Under the pieces are notes generated by a model. That model was not told the DNA's origin. It did not search any database and worked only from the letters and a program-made list of their open reading frames with translations. A DNA stretch of 48,409 bases from a virus (lineage: Duplodnaviria > Heunggongvirae > Uroviricota > Caudoviricetes): the IMG/VR virus record IMGVR_UViG_646564533_000016; one strand, given 5' to 3'. Both the position numbers and the translations under genes were made by a program. How positions within the stretch are numbered: the first letter of the stretch is position 1; every line of letters starts with the position of its first letter. Of the stretch, positions 18,521-29,849 are shown in pieces.

Positions 18521-18546
18521 AAACCCGCTCAGGCGGGTTTTTTATT
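18521..18546 (+). terminator. Intrinsic terminator downstream of the cspB-like gene
   Basis: ACCCGC-TCAG-GCGGGT hairpin plus T-run. Confidence 0.75.
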
Positions 18547-18602
18547 ATCTGCTTTAAATATGTTATTAAAATATAAAAAATACTTGTTACGAATAAAATC
18601 AA

Positions 18603-18773
18603 TCAAGCTACAGCTTTAAGATTTGTCTGGAATACTTTGTTGCAATGAGGGCAGATCAAAAGGGCACCTTTTTGTACTCTTGAAAAACTGTGTTCTGACT
18701 CTTGGGTGCAGTTTGGGCAGGAACATTTAACGAGATAATTACGGCGTGATTTTGAGTCTTTACGTTCTGACAT
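18603..18773 (-). CDS. Small zinc-ribbon protein (two CxxC pairs)
   Basis: ATG at 18773 (MSERKDSKSRRNYLVKCSCPNCTQ...CPHCNK) with SD AGGAAA; 56 aa. Confidence 0.55.
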   Translation of the reverse strand: MSERKDSKSRRNYLVKCSCPNCTQESEHSFSRVQKGALLICPHCNKVFQTNLKAVA

Positions 18774-18991
18774 AGGCTTTTCCTGTATAAATGGCCGTAT
18801 ACAGTACACTAAATATGAAAACATATCTCGTATTATTATTTAATATATGATTTTCTTTTAAAATAATTACCCACATTTTTAATGTGTCTGTTTTTTAGCG
18901 CCGTTGAGAACAACGTTTGCTATAAAAACTACCCCATAGACTCCGATCTTTTCAAACATATTGCACCATCTGTGTACATCGGGGTGAGGAT

Positions 18992-19207
18992 ATGAAATCA
19001 ATGGATAAGTTAACAACAGGTATCGCCTATGGCACATCGGCTGGTAATGCTGGTTTCTGGGCATTGCAGTTACTCGATAAAGTAACTCCGTCACAGTGGG
19101 CTGCAATCGGTGTGCTGGGTAGTCTGGTATTTGGCTTGCTGACGTACCTGACAAACCTTTATTTCAAGATTAAAGAAGACAAGCGTAAGGTTGCACGGGG
19201 AGAGTAA
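18992..19207 (+). CDS. Class II holin (phage-21 S21-type pinholin) with dual-start motif
   Basis: 71 aa; MKSMDK... with Met1/Met4 dual start; two TMDs ([17 protein letters not shown] and [18 protein letters not shown]). Confidence 0.9.
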   Translation: MKSMDKLTTGIAYGTSAGNAGFWALQLLDKVTPSQWAAIGVLGSLVFGLLTYLTNLYFKIKEDKRKVARGE

Positions 19208-19211
19208 TTCA

Positions 19212-19556
19212 ATGACACAAAACTATGAACTGATTGTGAAAGGGATCCGCAATTTTGAGAATAAAGTTGCGGTAACTGTAGCATTAAGGGACAAAAAACG
19301 CTTTGACGGTGAAATTTTTGACCTGGACATCTCGCTGGACCGTGTTGAAGGTGCCGCGCTGGAGTTTTATGAGGCAGCAGCCAGAAGGAGCATCAGACAG
19401 GTCTTCCTGGAAGTTGCAGCCGGGTTATGTGAAGGGGATGAGCAGTCGCCGGAAAAGCGCCCCGTAATTTTAGAGGCGCAGAATGTGTGGATAACCTACA
19501 AAGGAAAGCTACCAGGAAGAATTACTGATTCTCTGAAGACTCCACCGAAATGGTAA
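19212..19556 (+). CDS. Hypothetical protein in the lysis cassette
   Basis: ATG at 19212 (MTQNYELIVKG...) preceded by GGGGAGAG; 114 aa. Confidence 0.6.
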   Translation: MTQNYELIVKGIRNFENKVAVTVALRDKKRFDGEIFDLDISLDRVEGAALEFYEAAARRSIRQVFLEVAAGLCEGDEQSPEKRPVILEAQNVWITYKGKLPGRITDSLKTPPKW

Positions 19557-19794
19557 TTTTACCAGCATATTTTTCTTCCAGTAATGCCGCCAGCCACTTG
19601 AAAGAATTTTGTTGTTCCTGGGACCATTTGGGGTTGCGTGATTCAAGCAGGAGCGATGCCAGTGTTGGTTGCATTTGTTCTCTGGGAATTGATAAGGCCA
19701 AATATGAAAATGCAACAGTGAGGGCATTTACATCATCCCGAAGCTTTGAAATGCAGTCGAGCAACTCCTGTAGAGAAATGGTGTTATTGTCCAT
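19522..19794 (-). CDS. Hypothetical protein, opposite strand to the lysis genes
   Basis: 90-aa ORF with protein-like composition filling the gap between the holin-adjacent gene and the endolysin. Confidence 0.35.
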   Translation of the reverse strand: MDNNTISLQELLDCISKLRDDVNALTVAFSYLALSIPREQMQPTLASLLLESRNPKWSQEQQNSFKWLAALLEEKYAGKITISVESSENQ

Positions 19795-19899
19795 AAATAA
19801 TCCTCTTGATTGTCTTTACCTTTTCCCCGCCTGATTCAACAGGCCGGGACAGATAAACATATCCAGGGTTCAGAAACCGATAAATCCTGATAAATATCC

Positions 19900-20921
<1,022 letters not shown>

Positions 20922-21286
20922 ATGTAGATTAACATTAAATCGGATTATTTTTAGCGCTGAATGTGAAATTTAAATAAAAAGGACTCTTCCATGAGTCAAA
21001 ATCCTTGAAATCTTAAGGGTAAGATAAAAGGTCATTAGACAGAATGACACGTTTTATTAATAAATAAAGCTATTGTTTCATTCGTGTGTTTTTCTTTACA
21101 AAAGTAATCCTTGCTATGGTTGGTTAATCATGCGTTAATGGTGTTCTGGTTTGTTACAAAATTATCTGAAGCAGTCATTGTTATAATTTTATTATTTGTA
21201 CCTCTTGAGATTTCCTTGTTGGTTTTTCTCTCTGATATTTTTTTCGGACCATTCTGCCCAAGGGCTCACTTCTTCAAAAGGTAATA

Positions 21287-21502
21287 ATGATGTCTAACAA
21301 AATGACTGGTTTAGTGAAATGGTTTAACCCTGAAAAAGGTTTTGGTTTCATCACGCCGAAAGATGGTAGCAAAGATGTGTTTGTCCATTTCTCAGCTATT
21401 CAGAGCAACGATTTCAAAACGTTAACTGAGAATCAGCAAGTCGAATTTGGTATTGAGAACGGACCTAAAGGCCCCGCGGCTGTTCATGTAGTGGCACTTT
21501 GA
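21287..21502 (+). CDS. cspI: Cold-shock protein CspI-like
   Basis: [49 protein letters not shown]. Confidence 0.9.
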   Translation: MMSNKMTGLVKWFNPEKGFGFITPKDGSKDVFVHFSAIQSNDFKTLTENQQVEFGIENGPKGPAAVHVVAL

Positions 21503-21710
21503 GGTAGAAAATATTACAAACCATATTCACTTTAGATGCCCGTGTTGCCATGGTTCTCAGTATAGAACATCATCTTTTGATGTTTCTGACAGGAATCCTT
21601 TCGGGGCAAAATGTATCTTTTGTAAATCAATGATGATTACATTTGATAATATTTCACAATACTTAAATGTTAGCCGTCTGTCGTTAGATTTAAGAAAGTG
21701 AAAATGAAGG

Positions 21711-21731
21711 CTCCTTCGGGAGCTTTTTTGC
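21711..21731 (+). terminator. Intrinsic terminator
   Basis: GCTCC-TTCG-GGAGC hairpin followed by TTTTTT. Confidence 0.6.
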
Positions 21732-21773
21732 TTAGTGTCTAGTCGATGGATACTCACATATTACGGTAACATC

Positions 21774-22004
21774 ATGAAAAAAATAATAGTTTTTTTTAAC
21801 TCTGAACCAGCAATGGTAGTGCCAGTGATGACCGGAGTTAACACCATCATGCGTGAATATCCAAATGGCGAAACAACACATCTCACTGTAATGGCTGCAG
21901 GGTTTCCATCTCTGACCGGAGATCATAAAGTCATTTATGTAGCAGCGGATCGACATGTAACTTCAGAAGAAATTCTGGAAGCAGCAATGAGACTCTTGAA
22001 TTGA
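21774..22004 (+). CDS. Hypothetical moron protein
   Basis: ATG at 21774 (MKKIIVFFNSEPAMVVPV...); no clear RBS. Confidence 0.45.
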   Translation: MKKIIVFFNSEPAMVVPVMTGVNTIMREYPNGETTHLTVMAAGFPSLTGDHKVIYVAADRHVTSEEILEAAMRLLN

Positions 22005-22176
22005 TTTCATTCTAATGCCTTGATAATAAAGGATAATCATCTTTATCTGTTTGTGCGAAATTTAGACTGTCGTATGTTGATTATTGCGATGTTTCATCTT
22101 ATCTTTTATACGTTTGCTCCATATAATTGACACTACTGTGTACCAGGAAAGTCATAACAGACTAAAAGAGGAAATG

Positions 22177-22350
22177 ATGAACATTGAAGAGTTAAAAACA
22201 AAAACAGAAGCAGATATTTCTGAATATATAACAAAAAAAATTATTGAGCTTAAGAAAAAGACCGGGAAAGAAGTTACCAGTATCCAGTTTACTGCACGGG
22301 AAAAAATGACTGGTCTTGAAAGCTATGATATCAAGATTGATTTAATCTAG
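22177..22350 (+). CDS. gnsB: GnsA/GnsB-family protein
   Basis: MNIEELKTKTEADISEYITKKIIELKKKTGKEVTSIQFTAREKMTGLESYDIKIDLI; SD AAAGAGGA. Confidence 0.8.
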   Translation: MNIEELKTKTEADISEYITKKIIELKKKTGKEVTSIQFTAREKMTGLESYDIKIDLI

Positions 22351-22645
22351 TGTGTTTATAGTATTAGCATCAATTTCTTATCAGATGCTATTCAACAATA
22401 CAATTTACCCATAAACCTCGTTTTTACGGGGTTTTGTTATATTTAAACATTACCGAATAGATATAAATCTCGATAGTCGGTGGTATTGGTTGTGTGACAA
22501 TACCTAGTCTTTCCGGTATGCCTGGAGAGAATACAAACGACAGATTATGTAAGGGAAACGCGCTGAAACTTTCACACTTTCATGCTGAGTGATTTGACGT
22601 TATATTTTTAGCCGCAAGTGAAGAGCAAACGCATGGAGCGACAAA

Positions 22646-22852
22646 ATGCATAAAGATCAATACACTGATGACTCATCCTTGGATCAGGTCCGTGTAAAAA
22701 CTATGCTCACTAGCACCATTTCTATGAGTTATCCGGATGTTGTAATTGCATGTATAGAACATCAAGTGTCTCTGGAAGCATTCAGGGCAATTGAGGCAGC
22801 GTTGGTGAAGCACGATAAGAATTCGAAGGATTATTCCCTGGTGGTTGACTGA
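22646..22852 (+). CDS. Hypothetical moron protein
   Basis: 68 aa; SD GGAG 9 nt upstream; AT-rich island. Confidence 0.5.
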   Translation: MHKDQYTDDSSLDQVRVKTMLTSTISMSYPDVVIACIEHQVSLEAFRAIEAALVKHDKNSKDYSLVVD

Positions 22853-23105
22853 TCGCCATAACTGCTAACCATTCAAACTATTTCACCTGTGACAGAGTCA
22901 ATATCGCATTCTGTCACTGTCAGGCTAATACAGAACTACAATTCAACTACTGCAATGCCTCGTAATTAGGTGAAGTTACAATATCGTCCTGTTCGGATGC
23001 CAACTGCATTTCTGAAGATAAGGCGTTTATGACTCACATATTTGTCCCACACGTTCGCCAGTCCTGTGCGGGGTGGGAGGGGAGGTAAAGAAACCGGGAT
23101 ATTCA

Positions 23106-23297
23106 TTATTCATCACTTTTGATTGATGTAGATGCTCTCTTTTCTGACGTTAGTCTCCGACGGCAGGCTTCAATGACCCAGGCTGAGAAATTCCCGGACC
23201 CTTTTTGATCAAGAGCGATGTTAATTTGTTCAATCATTTGGTTAGGAAAGCGGATGTTGCGGGTTGTTGTTCTGCGGGTTCTGTTCTTCGTTGACAT
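23106..23297 (-). CDS. ylcI: YlcI-like protein (DUF3950)
   Basis: ATG at 23297: MSTKNRTRRTTTRNIRFPNQMIEQINIALDQKGSGNFSAWVIEACRRRL. Confidence 0.75.
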   Translation of the reverse strand: MSTKNRTRRTTTRNIRFPNQMIEQINIALDQKGSGNFSAWVIEACRRRLTSEKRASTSIKSDE

Positions 23298-23496
23298 GAG
23301 GTTGTCCCGTATTCTGTGTCGCTGATTTGTATTGTCTGAAGTTGTTTTTACGTTAAGTTGATGCGGATCAATTAATACGATACCTGCGTCATAATTGATT
23401 ATTTGACGTGGTTTGATGGCGTACACGCACGTTGTGATATGTAGATGATAATTATTATCATTTTGTGGGTCCTTTCCGGCGATCCGACAGGTTACG

Positions 23497-23508
23497 GGGC
23501 GGCGACCT
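23497..23508. other. cos site (cosN cohesive-end sequence GGGCGGCGACCT), cosB region following
   Basis: Lambda-type 12-nt cohesive-end sequence with flanking CGTTACG...TCGCGG and downstream TATTTATGAAAATTTTTC, about 180 bp upstream of nu1. Confidence 0.85.
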
Positions 23509-23685
23509 CGCGGTTTTTCACTATTTATGAAAATTTTTCAGGGAAAATCGTGTCGGTACTTCTCGAATATAACTTTTTGTTTTTTTTTAATATTGCATCC
23601 GTAAAGGTCCGACATGAAAGTGTCCGAAAATGCCTTTTTCTGGCGTTTTCATGTCGGGCCTTGTATTTGATAATGGGTTGTTTTC

Positions 23686-24234
23686 ATGAAGGTTAATAAA
23701 AAGAGGCTTGCCGAAATTTTCAACGTGGACCCGCGGACGATTGAACGCTGGCAGTCTCAGGGACTCCCTTGCGCCTCCAAAGGTAGTAAGGGCATTGAAT
23801 CTGTATTTGATACTGCCATGGCAATTCAGTGGTATGCGCAGAGGGAAACTGATATCGAAAACGAAAAGCTCCGCAAAGAACTGGACGATTTGCGTGCGGC
23901 AGCGGAGTCAGATTTACAACCCGGCACCATTGACTATGAACGCTACCGGCTCACAAAAGCGCAGGCAGATGCGCAGGAACTGAAAAATGCCCGTGAAGAC
24001 GGAGTAGTGCTGGAAACTGAACTGTTTACCTTCATTCTGCAACGTGTGGCACAGGAGATTTCGGGGATACTTGTGCGTGTGCCGTTGACATTACAGCGTA
24101 AATATCCGGACATTTCACCATCACACCTTGATGTGGTGAAAACTGAAATCGCGAAAGCCTCCAATGTTGCAGCTAAGGCCGGTGAAAACGTGGGCGGGTG
24201 GATCGATGATTTCAGACGCGCAGAAGGCAGCTAA
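23686..24234 (+). CDS. nu1: Terminase small subunit Nu1
   Basis: [28 protein letters not shown]... collinear with lambda gpNu1. Confidence 0.95.
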
Positions 24235-26134
24235 TGCAGCCGGTGCGATAGCTACAGGGCTTTTATCTCTCATTATTCCTGTTCCACTGACGACAGTTCA
24301 GTGGGCCAATAAACATTATTACCTTCCTAAAGAGTCGTCTTATACCCCGGGGCGGTGGGAAACACTGCCGTTTCAGGTTGGCATCATGAACTGTATGGGC
24401 AACGATCTGATTCGCACGGTTAACCTGATTAAATCTGCCCGTGTTGGTTATACAAAGATGTTGCTGGGAGTGGAGGCTTATTTTATTGAGCATAAATCAC
24501 GCAACAGCCTTCTTTTTCAGCCCACGGACTCAGCTGCTGAAGATTTTATGAAATCTCATGTTGAGCCAACGATAAGGGATGTTCCTGCATTGCTGGAGCT
24601 GGCTCCATGGTTCGGAAGAAAACACCGCGATAATACGCTCACCCTGAAGCGTTTTTCCTCCGGTGTGGGGTTCTGGTGTCTGGGTGGTGCGGCAGCAAAA
24701 AACTACCGTGAAAAATCCGTGGATGTGGTCTGTTATGACGAGCTTTCCTCGTTCGAACCGGATGTTGAAAAAGAGGGTTCGCCAACCCTGCTGGGGGATA
24801 AACGTATTGAGGGCTCTGTATGGCCAAAATCCATTCGCGGCTCGACGCCTAAAATCAAAGGCTCCTGCCAGATCGAAAAAGCCGCTAACGAGTCGGCACA
24901 CTTCATGCGTTTTTATGTGCCCTGTCCGCACTGTGGGGAGGAGCAGTATCTGAAATTTGGCGATGATGCCTCGCCTTTCGGTCTTAAGTGGGAGAAGAAT
25001 AAGCCAGAAAGTGTTTTCTACCTTTGTGAGCATCATGGCTGTGTGATCCATCAGTCTGAGCTTGACCAGAGTAACGGGCGGTGGATCTGTGAAAACACGG
25101 GCATGTGGACCCGTGACGGCCTGATGTTTTTCAGCGCCCGGGGTGATGAAATTCCGCCGCCGCGCTCCATCACTTTCCATATCTGGACGGCGTACAGTCC
25201 GTTCACCACCTGGGTACAGATTGTCTATGACTGGCTGGATGCACTGAAAGATCCCAACGGCCTGAAAACCTTTGTGAACACCACGCTGGGCGAGACCTGG
25301 GAAGAGGCTGTGGGCGAAAAACTCGATCACCAGGTGCTGATGGATAAGGTTGTGCGTTACACGGCGGCGGTGCCTGCCCGGGTGGTTTATCTGACGGCGG
25401 GCATTGACTCGCAGCGAAACCGTTTTGAGATGTATGTCTGGGGATGGGCTCCGGGAGAGGAAGCCTTTCTGGTGGATAAAATCATCATTATGGGGCGTCC
25501 CGATGAGGAAGAGACGCTGTTACGTGTGGATGCGGCGATCAACAAAAAATACCGCCATGCAGACGGAACCGAAATGACTATTTCCCGTGTCTGCTGGGAC
25601 ATCGGGGGGATCGATGGCGAAATCGTTTATCAGAGGTCAAAAAAACACGGTGTTTTCCGGGTGCTGCCGGTAAAAGGCGCATCTGTCTATGGCAAGCCGG
25701 TGATCACCATGCCAAAAACCCGCAATCAGCGGGGCGTGTATCTGTGTGAAGTGGGGACGGACACCGCAAAAGAAATTCTCTATGCCCGTATGAAAGCCGA
25801 TCCCACGCCTGTGGATGAAGCCACGTCGTATGCCATCCGTTTTCCTGATGATCCGGAGATTTTTTCGCAGACAGAGGCGCAGCAACTGGTCGCGGAAGAG
25901 CTTGTGGAGAAGTGGGAAAAAGGAAAGATGCGTCTGCTGTGGGATAACAAAAAGCGGCGTAACGAAGCGCTGGACTGCCTGGTGTATGCCTACGCGGCAT
26001 TACGTGTGTCCGTGCAACGCTGGCAGCTTGATCTGGCTGTACTGGCAAAATCCCGGGAAGAAGAGACGACCCGGCCAACCCTTAAAGAACTGGCAGCGAA
26101 GCTGTCCGGAGGAGTGAATGGTTACAGTCGCTGA
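24206..26134 (+). CDS. A: Terminase large subunit A
   Basis: Collinear with lambda gpA ([11 protein letters not shown]...[24 protein letters not shown]); ATG at 24206 overlaps the nu1 3' end; start approximate. Confidence 0.95.
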
Positions 26135-26324
26135 ACTGCAGGCGCTGCGTCAGGCGCGCCTTGATTTATTAACCGGTAAACGGGTGGTGTCTGTCCAGAA
26201 AGATGGTCGCAGAATTGAATATACGGCGGCTTCTCTGGATGAGCTTAACCGGGCGATCAATGATGCGGAGTCGGTACTGGGGACAACCCGGTGTCGCCGT
26301 CGTCCGCTGGGAGTGAGATTATGA
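26118..26324 (+). CDS. W: Head-tail joining protein W
   Basis: 68 aa; LTGKRVVSVQKDGRRIEYTAASL matches lambda gpW. Confidence 0.9.
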   Translation: MVTVAELQALRQARLDLLTGKRVVSVQKDGRRIEYTAASLDELNRAINDAESVLGTTRCRRRPLGVRL

Positions 26325-27913
26325 AACGAACGCCTGTCCTGATTGATGTGAACGGCGTTCCGCTTCGTGAGAGTCTCAGCTACAACGGGGGCGGTGCAGG
26401 ATTTGGCGGGCAAATGGCTGAGTGGTTGCCACCGGCGCAGAGTGCCGATGCGGCCCTGCTGCCCGCGTTGCGTCTGGGGAATGCCCGGGCAGATGATCTG
26501 GTGCGCAATAACGGAATAGCGGCTAATGCGGTGGCTCTGCATAAGGATCACATTGTCGGGCATATGTTTCTGATCAGCTACCGTCCGAACTGGCGCTGGC
26601 TGGGGATGCGGGAGACCGCAGCAAAAAGCTTTGTCGATGAGGTGGAGGCGGCCTGGTCGGAATACGCCGAAGGGATGTTTGGCGAGATCGACGTGGAAGG
26701 AAAACGCACGTTCACGGAATTTATCCGTGAAGGTGTGGGCGTTCATGCGTTTAACGGCGAAATCTTTGTGCAGCCGGTCTGGGATACGGAAACCACGCAG
26801 TTATTCCGTACGCGTTTTAAAGCCGTGAGTCCGAAACGGGTGGACACGCCTGGACACGGTATGGGGAACCGTTTTCTGCGGGCCGGTGTGGAGGTCGATC
26901 GATATGGCCGTGCCGTCGCGTACCATATCTGTGAGGATGATTTTCCGTTCTCTGGTAGTGGACGATGGGAACGGATCCCGCGTGAACTTCCCACCGGGCG
27001 TCCGGCCATGCTGCATATTTTCGAGCCGGTGGAGGACGGGCAGACCCGTGGGGCTAATCAGTTTTACAGCGTCATGGAACGGCTGAAGATGCTCGATTCC
27101 CTGCAGGCAACACAGCTTCAGTCGGCCATAGTGAAGGCGATGTATGCAGCGACGATTGAAAGTGAACTTGATACCGAAAAGGCCTTTGAATATATCGCCG
27201 GCGCGCCACAGGAGCAGAAGGATAATCCGCTTATTAATATTCTGGAGAAGTTTTCCAGCTGGTATGACACGAATAACGTGACACTGGGCGGTGTCAAAAT
27301 TCCGCACCTTTTCCCTGGTGATGATCTGAAACTACAGACTGCGCAGGATTCAGACAATGGATTTTCTGCGCTTGAACAGGCGCTGCTGCGGTATATCGCC
27401 GCCGGTCTTGGCGTTTCCTACGAACAGTTGTCCCGTGATTACTCGAAGGTCAGTTACTCAAGTGCCCGCGCCTCCGCCAATGAGTCGTGGCGCTATTTTA
27501 TGGGGCGGCGAAAATTTATTGCGGCCCGGCTGGCCACGCAGATGTTTTCCTGCTGGCTGGAAGAGGCACTTCTTCGGGGGATTATTCGTCCGCCACGGGC
27601 ACGTTTTGATTTTTATCAGGCGCGATCAGCCTGGTCACGGGCAGAGTGGATTGGTGCCGGAAGAATGGCCATTGACGGGCTCAAGGAAGTCCAGGAATCA
27701 GTGATGCGCATTGAGGCCGGACTGAGCACGTATGAGAAAGAGCTGGCGCTGATGGGCGAGGATTATCAGGACATTTTCCGCCAGCAGGTCAGGGAATCTG
27801 CTGAGCGGCAAAAAGCCGGACTCTCACGTCCGGTGTGGATAGCGCAGGCGTATCAGCAGCAGATAGCGGAGAGTCGTAGGCCGGAAGAGGAGACAACACC
27901 ACGTGAGACGTAA
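26321..27913 (+). CDS. B: Portal protein B
   Basis: ATG at 26321 in ATGA overlap with W; lambda gpB position and size. Confidence 0.9.
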   Translation: MKRTPVLIDVNGVPLRESLSYNGGGAGFGGQMAEWLPPAQSADAALLPALRLGNARADDLVRNNGIAANAVALHKDHIVGHMFLISYRPNWRWLGMRETAAKSFVDEVEAAWSEYAEGMFGEIDVEGKRTFTEFIREGVGVHAFNGEIFVQPVWDTETTQLFRTRFKAVSPKRVDTPGHGMGNRFLRAGVEVDRYGRAVAYHICEDDFPFSGSGRWERIPRELPTGRPAMLHIFEPVEDGQTRGANQFYSVMERLKMLDSLQATQLQSAIVKAMYAATIESELDTEKAFEYIAGAPQEQKDNPLINILEKFSSWYDTNNVTLGGVKIPHLFPGDDLKLQTAQDSDNGFSALEQALLRYIAAGLGVSYEQLSRDYSKVSYSSARASANESWRYFMGRRKFIAARLATQMFSCWLEEALLRGIIRPPRARFDFYQARSAWSRAEWIGAGRMAIDGLKEVQESVMRIEAGLSTYEKELALMGEDYQDIFRQQVRESAERQKAGLSRPVWIAQAYQQQIAESRRPEEETTPRET

Positions 27914-29408
27914 TCTTTCACACATTATTGCCGCAGCATTCAATGAACCGCTGCTTCTGGAGCCCGCCTATGCGCGGGTTTTCTTTTGCGCGCTCGGGCG
28001 CGAGATGGGGGCAGCAAGTCTTTCGGTACCACAACAGCAGGTACAGTTTGATGCTCTCGGAATGCTGGCTGAAACGGACGAGTACATGGCCGGAGGTAAA
28101 CGACCGGCCCGTGTTTACAGGGTGGTGAACGGTATTGCTGTACTGCCGGTGACCGGCACGCTGGTGCACCGGCTGGGTGGTATGCGGCCATTTTCCGGAA
28201 TGACAGGCTATGACGGTATTGTCTCCTGTCTTCAGCAGGCAATGGCGGATAGCCAGGTGCGGGGCGTACTGCTGGACATTGACAGTCCGGGCGGGCAGGC
28301 CGCCGGCGCGTTTGACTGCGCTGACATGATTTACCGCCTCCGTCAGCAGAAGCCGGTCTGGGCACTGTGCAATGACACGGCCTGTTCTGCAGCCATGCTG
28401 CTGGCGTCGGCCTGCTCCCGACGGCTGGTTACCCAGACATCCCGTATCGGTTCCATTGGCGTGATGATGAGCCATGTCAGCTATGCCGGTCATCTGGCGC
28501 AGGCCGGTGTGGATATCACGCTGATTTACTCAGGGGCGCACAAGGTGGATGGCAATCAGTTTGAAGCGTTGCCGGCAGAGGTTCGCCAGGACATGCAGCA
28601 GCGGATTGATGCGGCGCGCCGGATGTTTGCCGAAAAAGTGGCGATGTTTACCGGTCTGTCTGTTGATGCAGTCACGGGAACAGAGGCCGCTGTTTTTGAA
28701 GGTCAGTCCGGCATTGAGGCCGGGCTGGCGGATGAATTAATCAATGCGTCGGATGCCATCAGTGTGATGGCCACGGCGCTGAACAGTAATGTCAGAGGAG
28801 GCACTATGCCGCAATTAACTGCAACGGAAGCCGCCGCGCAGGAGAACCAGCGAGTGATGGGGATCCTGACATGCCAGGAAGCGAAAGGACGTGAACAGCT
28901 TGCCACGATGCTGGCAGGACAACAGGGCATGAGCGTTGAACAGGCCCGGGCGATTCTGGCCGCGGCGGCACCGCAGCAGCCGGTGGCATCCACGCAGAGT
29001 GAAGCCGATCGCATTATGGCGTGTGAAGAAGCGAACGGTCGTGAACAACTGGCGGCAACGCTGGCGGCGATGCCGGAGATGACGGTGGAAAAAGCCCGCC
29101 CGATCCTGGCTGCTTCACCGCAGGCGGATGCCGGACCATCACTCCGTGATCAGATCATGGCACTGGATGAGGCAAAAGGGGCTGAGGTGCAGGCTGAACA
29201 GCTGGCTGCCTGCCCGGGAATAACTGTGGAGTGCGCCCGGGCTGTGCTGGCTGCGGGATCAGGTAAGGCAGAACCGGTCTCTGCATCCACAACCGCCATG
29301 TTTGAACATTTCATGGCGAACCATTCACCGGCAGCGGTACAGGGTGGCGTGCCACAGACGTCAGCAGACGGTGATGCGGACGTGAAAATGCTCATGGCCA
29401 TGCCATGA
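27903..29408 (+). CDS. C: Head maturation protease/scaffold C (S49 ClpP-like peptidase) with repeat-expanded C-terminus
   Basis: GTG start; MRRNLSHIIAAAFNEPLLLEPAYARVFFCAL collinear with lambda gpC; IDSPGG motif; three ~45-aa C-terminal repeats. Confidence 0.9.
   Translation: MRRNLSHIIAAAFNEPLLLEPAYARVFFCALGREMGAASLSVPQQQVQFDALGMLAETDEYMAGGKRPARVYRVVNGIAVLPVTGTLVHRLGGMRPFSGMTGYDGIVSCLQQAMADSQVRGVLLDIDSPGGQAAGAFDCADMIYRLRQQKPVWALCNDTACSAAMLLASACSRRLVTQTSRIGSIGVMMSHVSYAGHLAQAGVDITLIYSGAHKVDGNQFEALPAEVRQDMQQRIDAARRMFAEKVAMFTGLSVDAVTGTEAAVFEGQSGIEAGLADELINASDAISVMATALNSNVRGGTMPQLTATEAAAQENQRVMGILTCQEAKGREQLATMLAGQQGMSVEQARAILAAAAPQQPVASTQSEADRIMACEEANGREQLAATLAAMPEMTVEKARPILAASPQADAGPSLRDQIMALDEAKGAEVQAEQLAACPGITVECARAVLAAGSGKAEPVSASTTAMFEHFMANHSPAAVQGGVPQTSADGDADVKMLMAMP
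28806..29408 (+). CDS. nu3: Nested in-frame scaffold gene (Nu3-like), internal start within C
   Basis: In-frame ATG at 28806 preceded by SD AGAGGAGG; by analogy to lambda C/Nu3. Confidence 0.55.
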   Translation: MPQLTATEAAAQENQRVMGILTCQEAKGREQLATMLAGQQGMSVEQARAILAAAAPQQPVASTQSEADRIMACEEANGREQLAATLAAMPEMTVEKARPILAASPQADAGPSLRDQIMALDEAKGAEVQAEQLAACPGITVECARAVLAAGSGKAEPVSASTTAMFEHFMANHSPAAVQGGVPQTSADGDADVKMLMAMP

Positions 29409-29444
29409 AGCCAGTGCTGACCATCAATAGGAGGTTTTTACAAT

Positions 29445-29792
29445 ATGGTGACGAAAACCATCACTGAACAGCGTGCGGAAGTACGTATTTTTGCCGGTAA
29501 TGATCCGGCTCATACCGCCACAGGCAGCAGCGGGATTTCTTCTGCAACACCGGCTCTGACGCCCCTGATGCTGGATGAAGCCACCGGGAAACTGGTGGTC
29601 TGGGACGGACAGAAAGCCGGTAGTGCGGTTGGCATACTGGTACTGCCGCTTGAAGGCACAGAGACGGCGCTGACGTATTACAAGTCGGGAACCTTTGCGA
29701 CGGAGGCAATCCACTGGCCTGAAAGTGTGGATGAACACAAAAAGGCCAACGCCTTTGCTGGCAGTGCCCTGAGTCACGCGGCGCTGCCGTAA
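29445..29792 (+). CDS. D: Head decoration protein D
   Basis: NDPAHTATGSSG...TPLMLD...GILVLPLEG...YYKSGTF collinear with lambda gpD; SD AGGAGG. Confidence 0.93.
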   Translation: MVTKTITEQRAEVRIFAGNDPAHTATGSSGISSATPALTPLMLDEATGKLVVWDGQKAGSAVGILVLPLEGTETALTYYKSGTFATEAIHWPESVDEHKKANAFAGSALSHAALP

Positions 29793-29849
29793 CACGTTAT
29801 CAGGCCACCGCGGTGGCCTGACTGATTTCTGAATGAAAGGAACTGATTT

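Noticed and set aside
21557-21757. 66-aa minus-strand ORF between cspI and the downstream moron
   Set aside because: Overlaps a plus-strand intrinsic terminator, has no RBS and an implausible composition.
24530-25330. 266-aa ORF antisense to terminase large subunit A
   Set aside because: Inside a gene collinear with lambda gpA; no RBS and low-complexity Arg-rich translation.
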